A stretch of DNA of 61,744 nt, filler included, from 6 parts of 6 records of this genome joined end to end with filler, not necessarily neighbours in it; one strand, 5' to 3'; positions 1 through 7,970 are shown, counted from the whole stretch's first letter. The notes: generated from the sequence alone by a model not told the origin. Made by a program: numbers and translations.

Positions 1-11
1 TGGGCCTGCCA
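1..11 (+). tRNA. 3' terminus of tRNA-Gln (acceptor strand, discriminator, CCA); att boundary, partial
   Basis: TGGGCCT-G-CCA at the first base of the contig. It is the natural continuation of the tRNA-Gln fragment at 5753-5785 after about 3 missing T-stem bases. Confidence 0.65.
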
Positions 12-162
12 TTTTAATAACAACAAGCAAAATGCTGTTTTATATACAACACCGTGATTAAGCACTCGAATGACAAATATCGATTAAATCAATAATTGCC
101 TCACAATTCAAATTATAGATTAAAAGTATATTTATGTCAAGAGAAAGAGGTGTTTATATTTT

Positions 163-363
163 ATGAACAAATTAAAAGAGCTAAGAAAGAATAAGAAATT
201 AACACAAAATGATTTATCGAAAATCTTACAAGTACCTCAGAGTAATATTTCTAATTTCGAAAAAGGAAAATCGAAACTTAATGAGGATCAAATTATTCAA
301 CTTGTTAAAGTACTCGAATGTTCAGCAGATTATTTATTAGGCTTGATAGACAAGGACAAATAG
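163..363 (+). CDS. XRE/Cro-C1 family HTH transcriptional regulator
   Basis: LKELRK...LTQ.DL...L.V.QS.IS.FEKG...SADYLLGL pattern; RBS AGAGGTG upstream. Confidence 0.92.
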   Translation: MNKLKELRKNKKLTQNDLSKILQVPQSNISNFEKGKSKLNEDQIIQLVKVLECSADYLLGLIDKDK

Positions 364-388
364 AAGAACATTATTGATGTTCTTTTTT
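364..388 (+). terminator. Intrinsic terminator between HTH1 and the downstream ORF
   Basis: AAGAACAT-tattg-ATGTTCTT stem followed by a T-run, right after the stop codon. Confidence 0.55.
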
Positions 389-410
389 ATAATACAAAAG
401 GGGGATGATT

Positions 411-1259
411 ATGCCTTACATAAACATATATGAACGTTCACAATTATTTGATTTAGACATTGAATATGAATTGAACAATATCAAGGAAAAATTTAAAGGT
501 TCAATACCTATTTTTATTGCGATATTTCATAAGCGTAATTTTAAAGATTACATATTTAGAAATCATGCAACCACATTTAAAGAATATCTACATTTAAACT
601 ATGATAAGGTGTTGTTACAATATGAAGGAAATCACGAATATCAGTATAAATTTATTGCTGAATTTTTGATGAATTTGTATAATTATTTGGAAACATTATC
701 ACTTTATAATGACACATATAATTATTCATCAGTTGGACAACGAAATCATTTGTATGACTACTATTATTTATATTTTGAAAGAGTGAATAAAATACTTAGT
801 TTACTAGGTTGCAAATTCAAATTTATTAATCATTCAGATGATGAAAATTATGACCCTTTTGAACCAACTTATGCGATATTAATTGAAACCAATAGTTTAG
901 CCGAAAAAATAGCCTCATTAATTCCAAATAAAAAAATTAAATTTGATATCTTAAAATTTAATCATTACAATATTTCGATGGATGAAAAACAAGTACTAAT
1001 AGAAGATATGTATAAGTATTTTGAAGGTATTAGAAGAGATAGTGTAAGTACCGTAGCAAACACTTTAGCAAGTTTAATGAATAATGGTTTGAGACATGAT
1101 GCTGAAAACAAGATTAAGAATAAAGATATTCAAACCTATATTAACAAAGATAAAGACCGAGCTTTGAATGAAGCATATGATTTATTGATTGAGTGTTTTT
1201 ATCATAGTAATAATTTGTCAGTAATTAAAAAAGTAAAATCATTAATACCTAAAGACTAA
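411..1259 (+). CDS. Hypothetical protein, possible Abi-like (divergent HEPN-type) effector
   Basis: 282-aa ORF; GGGGG RBS favours ATG 411. The C-terminal helical region has FNH...EK..LI...YFE..R...LMNNGLRH, which recalls the NN.xRH motif of Abi-like proteins. Confidence 0.55.
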   Translation: MPYINIYERSQLFDLDIEYELNNIKEKFKGSIPIFIAIFHKRNFKDYIFRNHATTFKEYLHLNYDKVLLQYEGNHEYQYKFIAEFLMNLYNYLETLSLYNDTYNYSSVGQRNHLYDYYYLYFERVNKILSLLGCKFKFINHSDDENYDPFEPTYAILIETNSLAEKIASLIPNKKIKFDILKFNHYNISMDEKQVLIEDMYKYFEGIRRDSVSTVANTLASLMNNGLRHDAENKIKNKDIQTYINKDKDRALNEAYDLLIECFYHSNNLSVIKKVKSLIPKD

Positions 1260-1291
1260 ATTTTAGATTCGTATAAAGTGGAGTAGATGAT

Positions 1292-1534
1292 ATGAGTAAT
1301 AATTTAAATGAAATTAGAGTTATTAAAGGTTATACACAAAGTCAAATCGCACAAGTGTTAAAAGTTACCCAGAGCAATGTTTCAAACTATGAAAATGGTA
1401 ACTATAATTTGAATGAAAATCAAATTATTATATTGTGTAATTTTTTGTCATGCACTGCAGATCAATTATTAGGATTAAAAAAGTACAAAAAACACACAAA
1501 AAAATTTCTTCAATTGAGGAAAGTCAAAAGATAA
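1292..1534 (+). CDS. XRE family HTH regulator, paralogue of 163-363; possibly the N-terminus of an HTH-HEPN fusion
   Basis: LNEIR...TQSQIA..L.VTQSNVSNYENG...TADQLLGL; GGAG RBS; overlaps the next ORF in the -1 frame. Confidence 0.88.
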   Translation: MSNNLNEIRVIKGYTQSQIAQVLKVTQSNVSNYENGNYNLNENQIIILCNFLSCTADQLLGLKKYKKHTKKFLQLRKVKR

Positions 1535-2088
1535 ATCTTAAATTAAGATTTAGATTGTTTAATCTTATGGGTGCTTTTAACTATCTATATTCATATGAAG
1601 ATGACATCAAAAAATATGATGTCCATGATGTTGAAAATTTCAACATGGTATTTCAAAAAATGTTTAAAGATGCAGCATTGAGTTCAATAATAATTAAACT
1701 TGCTAATTTTTGGTTACAAAAAGATAGACACAGCAACGATATTAGTATATCTTCATTACTTGATTATTTAGATAGCAAATACACTGAAATATCACAATTA
1801 AAATTTAAATTTCATAATATAATAGCAGGTAATTCTGATTTGTTTAATAGACTTAAATTATCAAGGGATAAGGTCAATGCTCATATCACCAATTATGATT
1901 CAATAAAATTTGAATTTGCAAACAATAATATAGGGTTTTCAATTACTGATATTGCTTCATTTTCAAAGGATGAATTATTATTTTTGGTTAACAACTTAGC
2001 GGATATCATGCAAGAAATATTAGATATATATGTTTTATATGGCTATAAACATGAATTAAGAAACTTAAAAGAACTGAAACTTACTTAA
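1450..2088 (+). CDS. HEPN-domain protein (AbiU2-like putative RNase)
   Basis: Rx4-6H motif RDKVNAH (1864-1884), preceded by IIIKLANFW..KD...DISISSLL as in AbiU2-type HEPN. No clear RBS of its own, so the start is uncertain. Confidence 0.7.
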   Translation: MHCRSIIRIKKVQKTHKKISSIEESQKINLKLRFRLFNLMGAFNYLYSYEDDIKKYDVHDVENFNMVFQKMFKDAALSSIIIKLANFWLQKDRHSNDISISSLLDYLDSKYTEISQLKFKFHNIIAGNSDLFNRLKLSRDKVNAHITNYDSIKFEFANNNIGFSITDIASFSKDELLFLVNNLADIMQEILDIYVLYGYKHELRNLKELKLT

Positions 2089-2115
2089 TCATTAAATTTA
2101 TTTGAATAATGTATA

Positions 2116-2180
2116 ATAACCCAATACAATTTCATTGGGTTATCATATATAATAACCCTATACAGATGTATAGGGATTAT
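2116..2180. terminator. Two tandem related hairpins between convergent genes (bidirectional terminator or protein-binding palindromes)
   Basis: ATAACCCAAT-8nt-ATTGGGTTAT (2116-2143) and CCCTATACA-ga-TGTATAGGG (2156-2175). Confidence 0.5.
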
Positions 2181-2197
2181 TTATATAAATAATTATT

Positions 2198-3088
2198 CTA
2201 TTGTGGACACGGCTTTTTGTATACCCCCTGTTTAAATGTCGTATCATATGACTTCTTGATGAGTCTATTTGATACATGAGTGTATATTAAAGTAGTTTCG
2301 ATATTCTCATGGCCAAGTATTTCTTTTAACACAAAGACGTCCATGCCATTCTCATAAGCAAGTGTTGCAAATGTATGTCTAAACATGTGAGCATGTAATA
2401 AGTCTATATTTAACTCATGCTTTAGTTTGTTCATGAGATACCATAAATCACGTTTCATGCTCTCACGTTGTTTCAAAGAATTATACAATAAATACTTTCT
2501 GCCAAGGGGCGAAACATTAAGCATGAGTTTAATATACTTTTCGGATAGGTTTGTGTAAAATACAAATCTGTCTTTTTTTGTTTTGGTTGTTGTCAGTAGT
2601 ATCGACCTTTGAGTAAGGTTAATGTTCTTAATCTCAATATTGATTAACTCATTTGCTCTGACACCAGTCTCAAGCATTAAGAAAATCATTGTTTGATACA
2701 TGAGATTATTGTCTAAGCTGCTTTCGAGTTTATAAACATGATTCACTATTTTTTTTAATTGATCATGTTCAATGATATTAAAGTGTCTTTTTGTTTCCTT
2801 TAGTTTCTTAAATGACATCAGATATTCAAACTCAATATCATTAAATTTGTAAGCATTCTTTAAAATCAGCATATATTTGTTGATTGTTTTATTGCTAATA
2901 TCTTGTTTAAGCGTTAAAATTAAGCGATTTAAAGCATTTTTATCAAATTGCGAGGTATCTTTCACCTCCATTTCATTTAACACGAATAATAAGCGTTTTA
3001 TCTTTGCTCGCTCATATTCGCATGTTCCTTTAGCCTTATGTAAGAGACTATTATTGTAATAGTTCTCAAATAGTGTTGAAAATAACAT
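2198..3088 (-). CDS. Tyrosine recombinase/integrase
   Basis: Full catalytic set: TGVRANE (R), TKTKK (K), HMFRH (HxxR), LGH...TTLIY (H, Y); GGGAGG RBS. Confidence 0.95.
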   Translation of the reverse strand: MLFSTLFENYYNNSLLHKAKGTCEYERAKIKRLLFVLNEMEVKDTSQFDKNALNRLILTLKQDISNKTINKYMLILKNAYKFNDIEFEYLMSFKKLKETKRHFNIIEHDQLKKIVNHVYKLESSLDNNLMYQTMIFLMLETGVRANELINIEIKNINLTQRSILLTTTKTKKDRFVFYTNLSEKYIKLMLNVSPLGRKYLLYNSLKQRESMKRDLWYLMNKLKHELNIDLLHAHMFRHTFATLAYENGMDVFVLKEILGHENIETTLIYTHVSNRLIKKSYDTTFKQGVYKKPCPQ

Positions 3089-3201
3089 TTGTTTGTCCTC
3101 CCATATTGTTTAGTTATTTCGTAAGAATAATTATATTATGGTTTCTTACAAAAGTTTTCCATAAAATATGTGGTTAAATCAAAAATAAAGAAATATAATC
3201 A

Positions 3202-3229
3202 ATAGTATGTAAAAGTATTTACATACTAT
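3202..3229. promoter_or_regulatory. Perfect 12-bp inverted repeat upstream of the integrase (candidate operator)
   Basis: ATAGTATGTAAA-agta-TTTACATACTAT. Confidence 0.45.
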
Positions 3230-3524
3230 ATTTATATATGAAATGTGAGAATGTAAATGATGCAAACGCAATGTCTAATATTGTATATATATATTTATAT
3301 ACATATATTGTTTGCATTGATAATTCAATTCATTAAAATGGCTAGATTATCAATAATAAAAAAATGACACTTGATAGTGCCATTTCATAGTTTCAAATAT
3401 TTAACAATAGTAAGTTTTTAATGTTCGGCCATAAGATTAGAGCCTACAATAATTTAGTAATTGTAAACATTATCCCTCATGGTGTTGAGGATCCGTGGGG
3501 GTTTTAATTACAAATAATAAACTT

Positions 3525-3633
3525 ATAGTTTTTGCACTTTTATTTTTGCAATAGTTTTTGCATCGACTTTTATGATAATTTCAATGCTTATGAGTGCATT
3601 ATTGAATAGTGAAAATAACTATAGTTTATTGCA
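3525..3633. repeat. Iteron-like direct repeats ATAGTTTTTGCA
   Basis: Exact copies at 3525-3536 and 3551-3562; variants at 3541-3550 and 3621-3633. Confidence 0.45.
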
Positions 3634-3655
3634 TACGTATATTTTCAATAATATG

Positions 3656-4465
3656 CTATGAGAATAGAAAATTGTAAACATAATCGACAGCATAAGAATA
3701 GTGCCCAGATAATGATTCAGTTGATGGATATATAATGTATTGTTTATCAACAAAATAGTAATATCTTTTTGTTTTTTTTATTTCGTTGTTTGGTCGCTCT
3801 AAAGTTTTCATTAGAATAGTATAATAATCATTAAAATTAATTAAAGGGGTGAAGTTATTATCAAATACTTTTAAAAATAATTCTATATATTGCTCTTTAA
3901 TAAAAGGTTTAAAAATGCTTTTATAGTATTTAAACTCTGCATCTTTGATTAAATATAACACTTCCGTTTCTCTCCATTTTTTATAGCCTACTAAATAGTT
4001 ATATGTTGCTTGATAGTTCTTGTTATAAATCTCATAATAGATAAACATGAAGATATCTAAATCGGTCATATTTTCAGAAAAGAGTAATTCATTATTTAGT
4101 TTTTTATCAATCTCAAAAAAACTAATATAAGGGATTGTTTTTTTATTTTCTCCAATGGTTGAAAGGATAACATTATAAATTGTTTTAGTTTGTTTGTCCT
4201 CTTTTTGGAAAATACCAACATTTAAGTCATCTGGTATTAAATTGCTCACACGTTTAGTGACTTTATCAATGTATCTATATTTACTCCAACCGTGAAACCC
4301 TTTGTTGTGTTTAGATAGAAGAAATCCATCACGTTCTATTGTGATTTTCCCTAATTCACACTTAACTAGTTTTTCATTGTTTGCAAGTTTGATTTGAGAC
4401 TCTTGCATTTCGCCTTTGTGATTTTCAAATGTGCAAGTCTCATATCTATAAGTTTTGTTTCCCAT
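3656..4465 (-). CDS. Hypothetical protein (269 aa)
   Basis: Long ORF; GGAGGGA RBS supports ATG at 4465 (MGNKTYRY...); no family recognised. Confidence 0.75.
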   Translation of the reverse strand: MGNKTYRYETCTFENHKGEMQESQIKLANNEKLVKCELGKITIERDGFLLSKHNKGFHGWSKYRYIDKVTKRVSNLIPDDLNVGIFQKEDKQTKTIYNVILSTIGENKKTIPYISFFEIDKKLNNELLFSENMTDLDIFMFIYYEIYNKNYQATYNYLVGYKKWRETEVLYLIKDAEFKYYKSIFKPFIKEQYIELFLKVFDNNFTPLINFNDYYTILMKTLERPNNEIKKTKRYYYFVDKQYIIYPSTESLSGHYSYAVDYVYNFLFS

Positions 4466-4739
4466 AAAATCCCTCCAATAGATTATAAATATAATTTGGG
4501 TTATATCCTTCAATTTCAAAAAATGTTAGGGTGCTTATCATATCTTTTTTGTATAAAACAGCATAAACATATATTGCTAATTTTAAATCAATTACTCCAT
4601 GATTTGAATTGATAAAATTGATTGTTTTTAAACGAGCTTCTTCATATGTGATTATTTGATTTCTTTGTTTTTCAAATATAGATTGTTCAACGAAACTATT
4701 CGCAATAATCTTTATTATCTGTTTATATTCATTTTGCAT
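4446..4739 (-). CDS. Hypothetical protein (97 aa)
   Basis: AAGGAG RBS overlapping the rep stop; 3' end overlaps the next gene (operon-like coupling). Confidence 0.7.
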   Translation of the reverse strand: MQNEYKQIIKIIANSFVEQSIFEKQRNQIITYEEARLKTINFINSNHGVIDLKLAIYVYAVLYKKDMISTLTFFEIEGYNPNYIYNLLEGFYGKQNL

Positions 4740-4750
4740 ATGTTTACTCC

Positions 4751-5586
4751 TTACTTAATTCGTTTAAAAAGATTGTCTAATGCTTTATCCATTTGAGGGT
4801 CAATGTGTATTGGTTCAATTTCAATTTGATAAGTTAATTGATCATTCCATTTTTTCTCTCTCAAGTATCTTGTAGGTGCTGGAATAAATCGACCATTTTC
4901 CTTTTGCCACTCAATAGAAGAACAATGTTTTTTTAGATTGCATATGAGCGTATCAAAGGTATCATTGTCAAGGTTTAACTTTTTGAATTGCTTATACGCC
5001 GTCTCATAACCTGTATGTTTAGGATAGGTTTGCCAAAAATCTTGGAATTGAGAATCATTTAAAGAAAAATCATTTTCCTTAGTTTCCGCACTCTTTTCCC
5101 TAGGGGGATTAAGGGGGTATTAATATCTTTATTTTTAATATCTTTACTCTTAACTCTTAACTCTATACTCTTGGGAACATTTGTTCCTAATTTGTTCCCA
5201 TTGTTTTTTCTTGCTTCTGCAACACGTTTTGCTGCTCCTGTTTGATAACCTACCATTGCTTCATGATTGGCTATTTTTAATGTTCCGCCTTGTTCTTCAT
5301 AGACAAGTCCTAAACCTTTGTATAACTCTAAAGCAACTCGTATTGTGTCAATGTCAAAGTATTTTGTATCACGTTGTATTTTTTGAATATCATATTTGAT
5401 AATCATATCGCCTACTTTATCCTCTAAAAGCCCATTTGTATTTGCTGTGTTAAGACACAACATTTGATATAAAACTACGTAATTGCTTCCGTTTTTTTGA
5501 GACATTAAAAAGTCTATTGCATTTTGATAAAAAAAGTCGGTTTCTAATTTTATCCACCAATATTTAGTGTTATCGTTTTTCGCCAT
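4751..5586 (-). CDS. Phage replisome-organiser-type replication initiator, one frameshift near 5098-5100
   Basis: N-terminus MAKNDNTKYWWIKLETDFF...GSNYVVLY.ML after a GGAGG RBS. A C-terminus missed by the ORF track reads FQDFWQTYPKHTG...WQKENGRFIPAPTRYLREKKWND in another frame, stop at 4751. One extra base gives about 278 aa. Confidence 0.85.
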
Positions 5587-5612
5587 AATTAAATCCTCCA
5601 ATTATATTTAAA

Positions 5613-5701
5613 AGCGACTTAATACGGTATATTGAAGCATCTGGCACGAAACCTCAATATACCTTATTAAATCGCTCTTTTTTTGTTGATTACTCGTGCC
5701 A
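5613..5701 (-). promoter_or_regulatory. Structured rep leader: 23-bp hairpin with loop complementary to a distal 8-mer (attenuator or antisense-control candidate)
   Basis: Arms 5613-5635 and 5654-5676; loop TGGCACGA (5642-5649) complementary to TCGTGCCA (5694-5701); T-runs after the stem on both strands. Confidence 0.55.
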
Positions 5702-5752
5702 AATAATCAAATAAAAAAACACTCAATGTTGAGTGCTTAATCTTACCGATAC

Positions 5753-5785
5753 GGGCTTTGACTCCCTCATCGTTGGTTCAAATCC
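5753..5785 (+). tRNA. tRNA-Gln(UUG) 3'-half fragment (att core), not an intact gene
   Basis: Anticodon loop CTTTGAC (5756-5762), TCCCT, T-arm GTTGG-TTCAAAT-CC. Upstream sequence has no D-arm or acceptor 5' strand. Confidence 0.8.
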
Positions 5786-5885
5786 NNNNNNNNNNNNNNN
5801 NNNNNNNNNNNNNNNNNNNNNNNNNNNNNTTAATTAATTAANNNNNNNNNNNNNNNNNNNNNNNNNNNNNNNNNNNNNNNNNNNN
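5786..5885. other. Artificial contig linker
   Basis: N-run + TTAATTAATTAA (stops in six frames) + N-run, 100 nt. Confidence 0.98.
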
Positions 5886-6658
5886 TTTGGAGAAAGCTCT
5901 CCAAGCGTACCAGCCTGGTCTTTTTTAAACGCAAGACCGGCTGTAATAATAGCATCATAAAATTCCAGAGGATCGCCCAATTTCAGGGTGCGAAAAGCCG
6001 ATATAATTTCAGGCCAGGCTTTTTCATACAATCCGGACGTGACCAGACCAATTTTTATTTTATTATCTTTGAGTGTCAGCAGGAACTCTTTCAGACCGGG
6101 AGCTGGCTTAAAAGCATCCACACGGCCGCGGCCGGCCATAATTTCTTTCAGTTCAAAACCTGTGATCTGAAAATAGATCTCTCGCGCCTGTTCGACCTTT
6201 TTTTCCGGTGCATATTTGTTAATGCAGTATTGTAAATGTTCAGATACCGAATGTCCGGATACATGTGGGATATCCTCTTCGACCAGAGTAAATTTCGGAT
6301 TTCCAAGAAGCCTGGATGTGGTTTGTTCAATGATCCAGATCCAGAATTCTTCACTGTGCACACTTGTTCCATCCAGATCCATTAAAACAGCTTCTGGCGG
6401 TCCCTCAAATGTGGCCTGTTGCAACGGATAAATGGCCGGATAGCCCATTGCAGATTTAACGTAAACCAATGTTATGTCGTCAAAAACAGCAAGTTCAATT
6501 TTTTTGTCCAAAGGCGTGTAAATAGCCTTGACGCCGTTGCGATTTTTTCGCCACAAACCGTCTGCGCCAGTATCCAACTCGATCAGATCGTTTTTATATT
6601 CTTCGCGTATCTCCAATCCCGGGATATTCAATGCCTGCTCCATTTTCGTCTTTTCCAT
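5886..6658 (-). CDS. HAD-family phosphatase (beta-PGM-like), 3' truncated
   Basis: Motif I AVLMDLDGT, motif II IGLVTSG; runs into the linker. Confidence 0.85.
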
Positions 6659-7097
6659 TTCAGTTATTGATTTCTACATCTATACGTTTTTATTGCCATT
6701 AAAACAGCACGTGTTATGCACAGCATGAATTATACAAAATTTTGTTGAAAATCACCAGCAGTTTTTCCATATACAAGAAAGCAAAATCCATTGTTCGCAA
6801 ATTTTTGTCACTAATTTGTTATAATTGCCCTCAGCGAGCCAATTAAAAACTAATTCATTATTTATACGTCTTTAATAAAAAGACATTTTCTTATAATCAA
6901 AGCAACGGCCATAAAATAATCATGATGATTACAATTTCTTAATATATCTGAGCAAAAAACAAAAAAATAATTTAACACTCAATAGAATATAAAATAATGG
7001 GTTACTTTCTCTTTCCATTATAACGTAAAGGAACAATATTCCTATTTTTATGGTTATCAAAAAACAAACAAGTTACAAAAAATCAAAAGAAAAATAC

Positions 7098-7856
7098 ATG
7101 CAACGGTATTTTTTGTACATATGTTTATTTATTCTCATTACAAGTGATCCGGAAATCATTTCTGCTCAGGATGATTTCGGTTTCCGCTTTGTCCGTGTCC
7201 AATATGAGGATTATGGACGCTCCTGGGATGGAGATGGTTTTAGACGGAGAGGCCGTGGCCGGTTTAGAAGAGGAATGTGGGCTACGGATTGGCCAACATC
7301 GGATTTCAATTTGCATGAGGCAATTGAGCGCACAACCGCCATCACATTGACAGGGGAACCTCTGGTGTTTTCATTTCAGGACACGTCTATTTTTGAATAT
7401 CCAGTTGTCTATTTGACAGAACCCGGTTATTGGAGAACGAATGAGGAAGAAGTTAAAAATATCCAAAAATACCTGGCCAGAGGTGGATTTATGATAATCG
7501 ACGATTTTCATGATTATGGCAGATTCGGAGAAGAGTGGTTTAATATGTATAATAACATGAAACAGGTCTTGCCGGACAGAGAGCCCCTTCCTTTAAGACC
7601 GGATCACCCCATCTGGTCCATATACTTTGATATCGATCCAATACAGGCGGCCTCAACAAAACCGGGTTTCAGCCGGTATGATGATGAATATTACGCTTTT
7701 TTTGATGACCAGGGTCGCATTATGTGTGTTATATGCTATAACCAGGATATTAGTGACGGTTGGGAGCATCCTTTTGGACGACGTGTTCTTGCAGAAGCTT
7801 CTACTGTCAGCTTCCAGATGGGTATAAATTTTATCATATATGCATTGACCCATTGA
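7098..7856 (+). CDS. DUF4159-like secreted protein
   Basis: Signal peptide; W.TDWP.SD.NL, YP..YLTEPGYW, YL.RGGF.IIDDF, F.MGINFIIYALTH; alternative start 7050. Confidence 0.8.
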   Translation: MQRYFLYICLFILITSDPEIISAQDDFGFRFVRVQYEDYGRSWDGDGFRRRGRGRFRRGMWATDWPTSDFNLHEAIERTTAITLTGEPLVFSFQDTSIFEYPVVYLTEPGYWRTNEEEVKNIQKYLARGGFMIIDDFHDYGRFGEEWFNMYNNMKQVLPDREPLPLRPDHPIWSIYFDIDPIQAASTKPGFSRYDDEYYAFFDDQGRIMCVICYNQDISDGWEHPFGRRVLAEASTVSFQMGINFIIYALTH

Positions 7857-7970
7857 GACGAATTCAGAGCAGAAATGAGTGGTAATCATATGGTGAATTA
7901 AAAAATTGAACCGGCTGCTTTTTATTGCAGTATGTGAATTTGACATTTCAATCTTAAATGATCAGACGTC

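Larger units (their letters stand above)
1..5785. mobile_element. Small tRNA-Gln-targeting integrative element (satellite- or integrative-plasmid-like), probably complete
   Basis: Both contig ends carry contiguous pieces of one tRNA-Gln 3' half. It encodes a tyrosine integrase, a phage-type replication initiator and XRE regulators. No capsid, tail or conjugation genes recognised. Confidence 0.8.

Noticed and set aside
2100-2126. dif-like site (ATAA-TGTATA core); a similar weak candidate near 3119-3146
   Set aside because: The XerD arm TTATGTTAAAT is not matched well, and such partial matches are expected at this AT content
3525-3633. CRISPR array
   Set aside because: Repeats only 10-13 nt, irregular spacing, no cas genes; no CRISPR array seen anywhere in the window
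5096-5200. Short repeats and G-runs inside rep (TAATATCTTT x2, ACTCTTA repeats, GGGGGATTAAGGGGG)
   Set aside because: Typical low-complexity linker or internal-origin region of phage initiators; the frameshift here has no in-phase slippery heptamer, so it was treated as an error
5753-5785. Intact tRNA-Gln gene
   Set aside because: No acceptor 5' strand or D-arm upstream and the anticodon stem has a C-C mismatch; it is an att fragment
5830-5841. TTAATTAATTAA palindrome recurring five times
   Set aside because: Always centred in N-runs; a synthetic six-frame-stop linker
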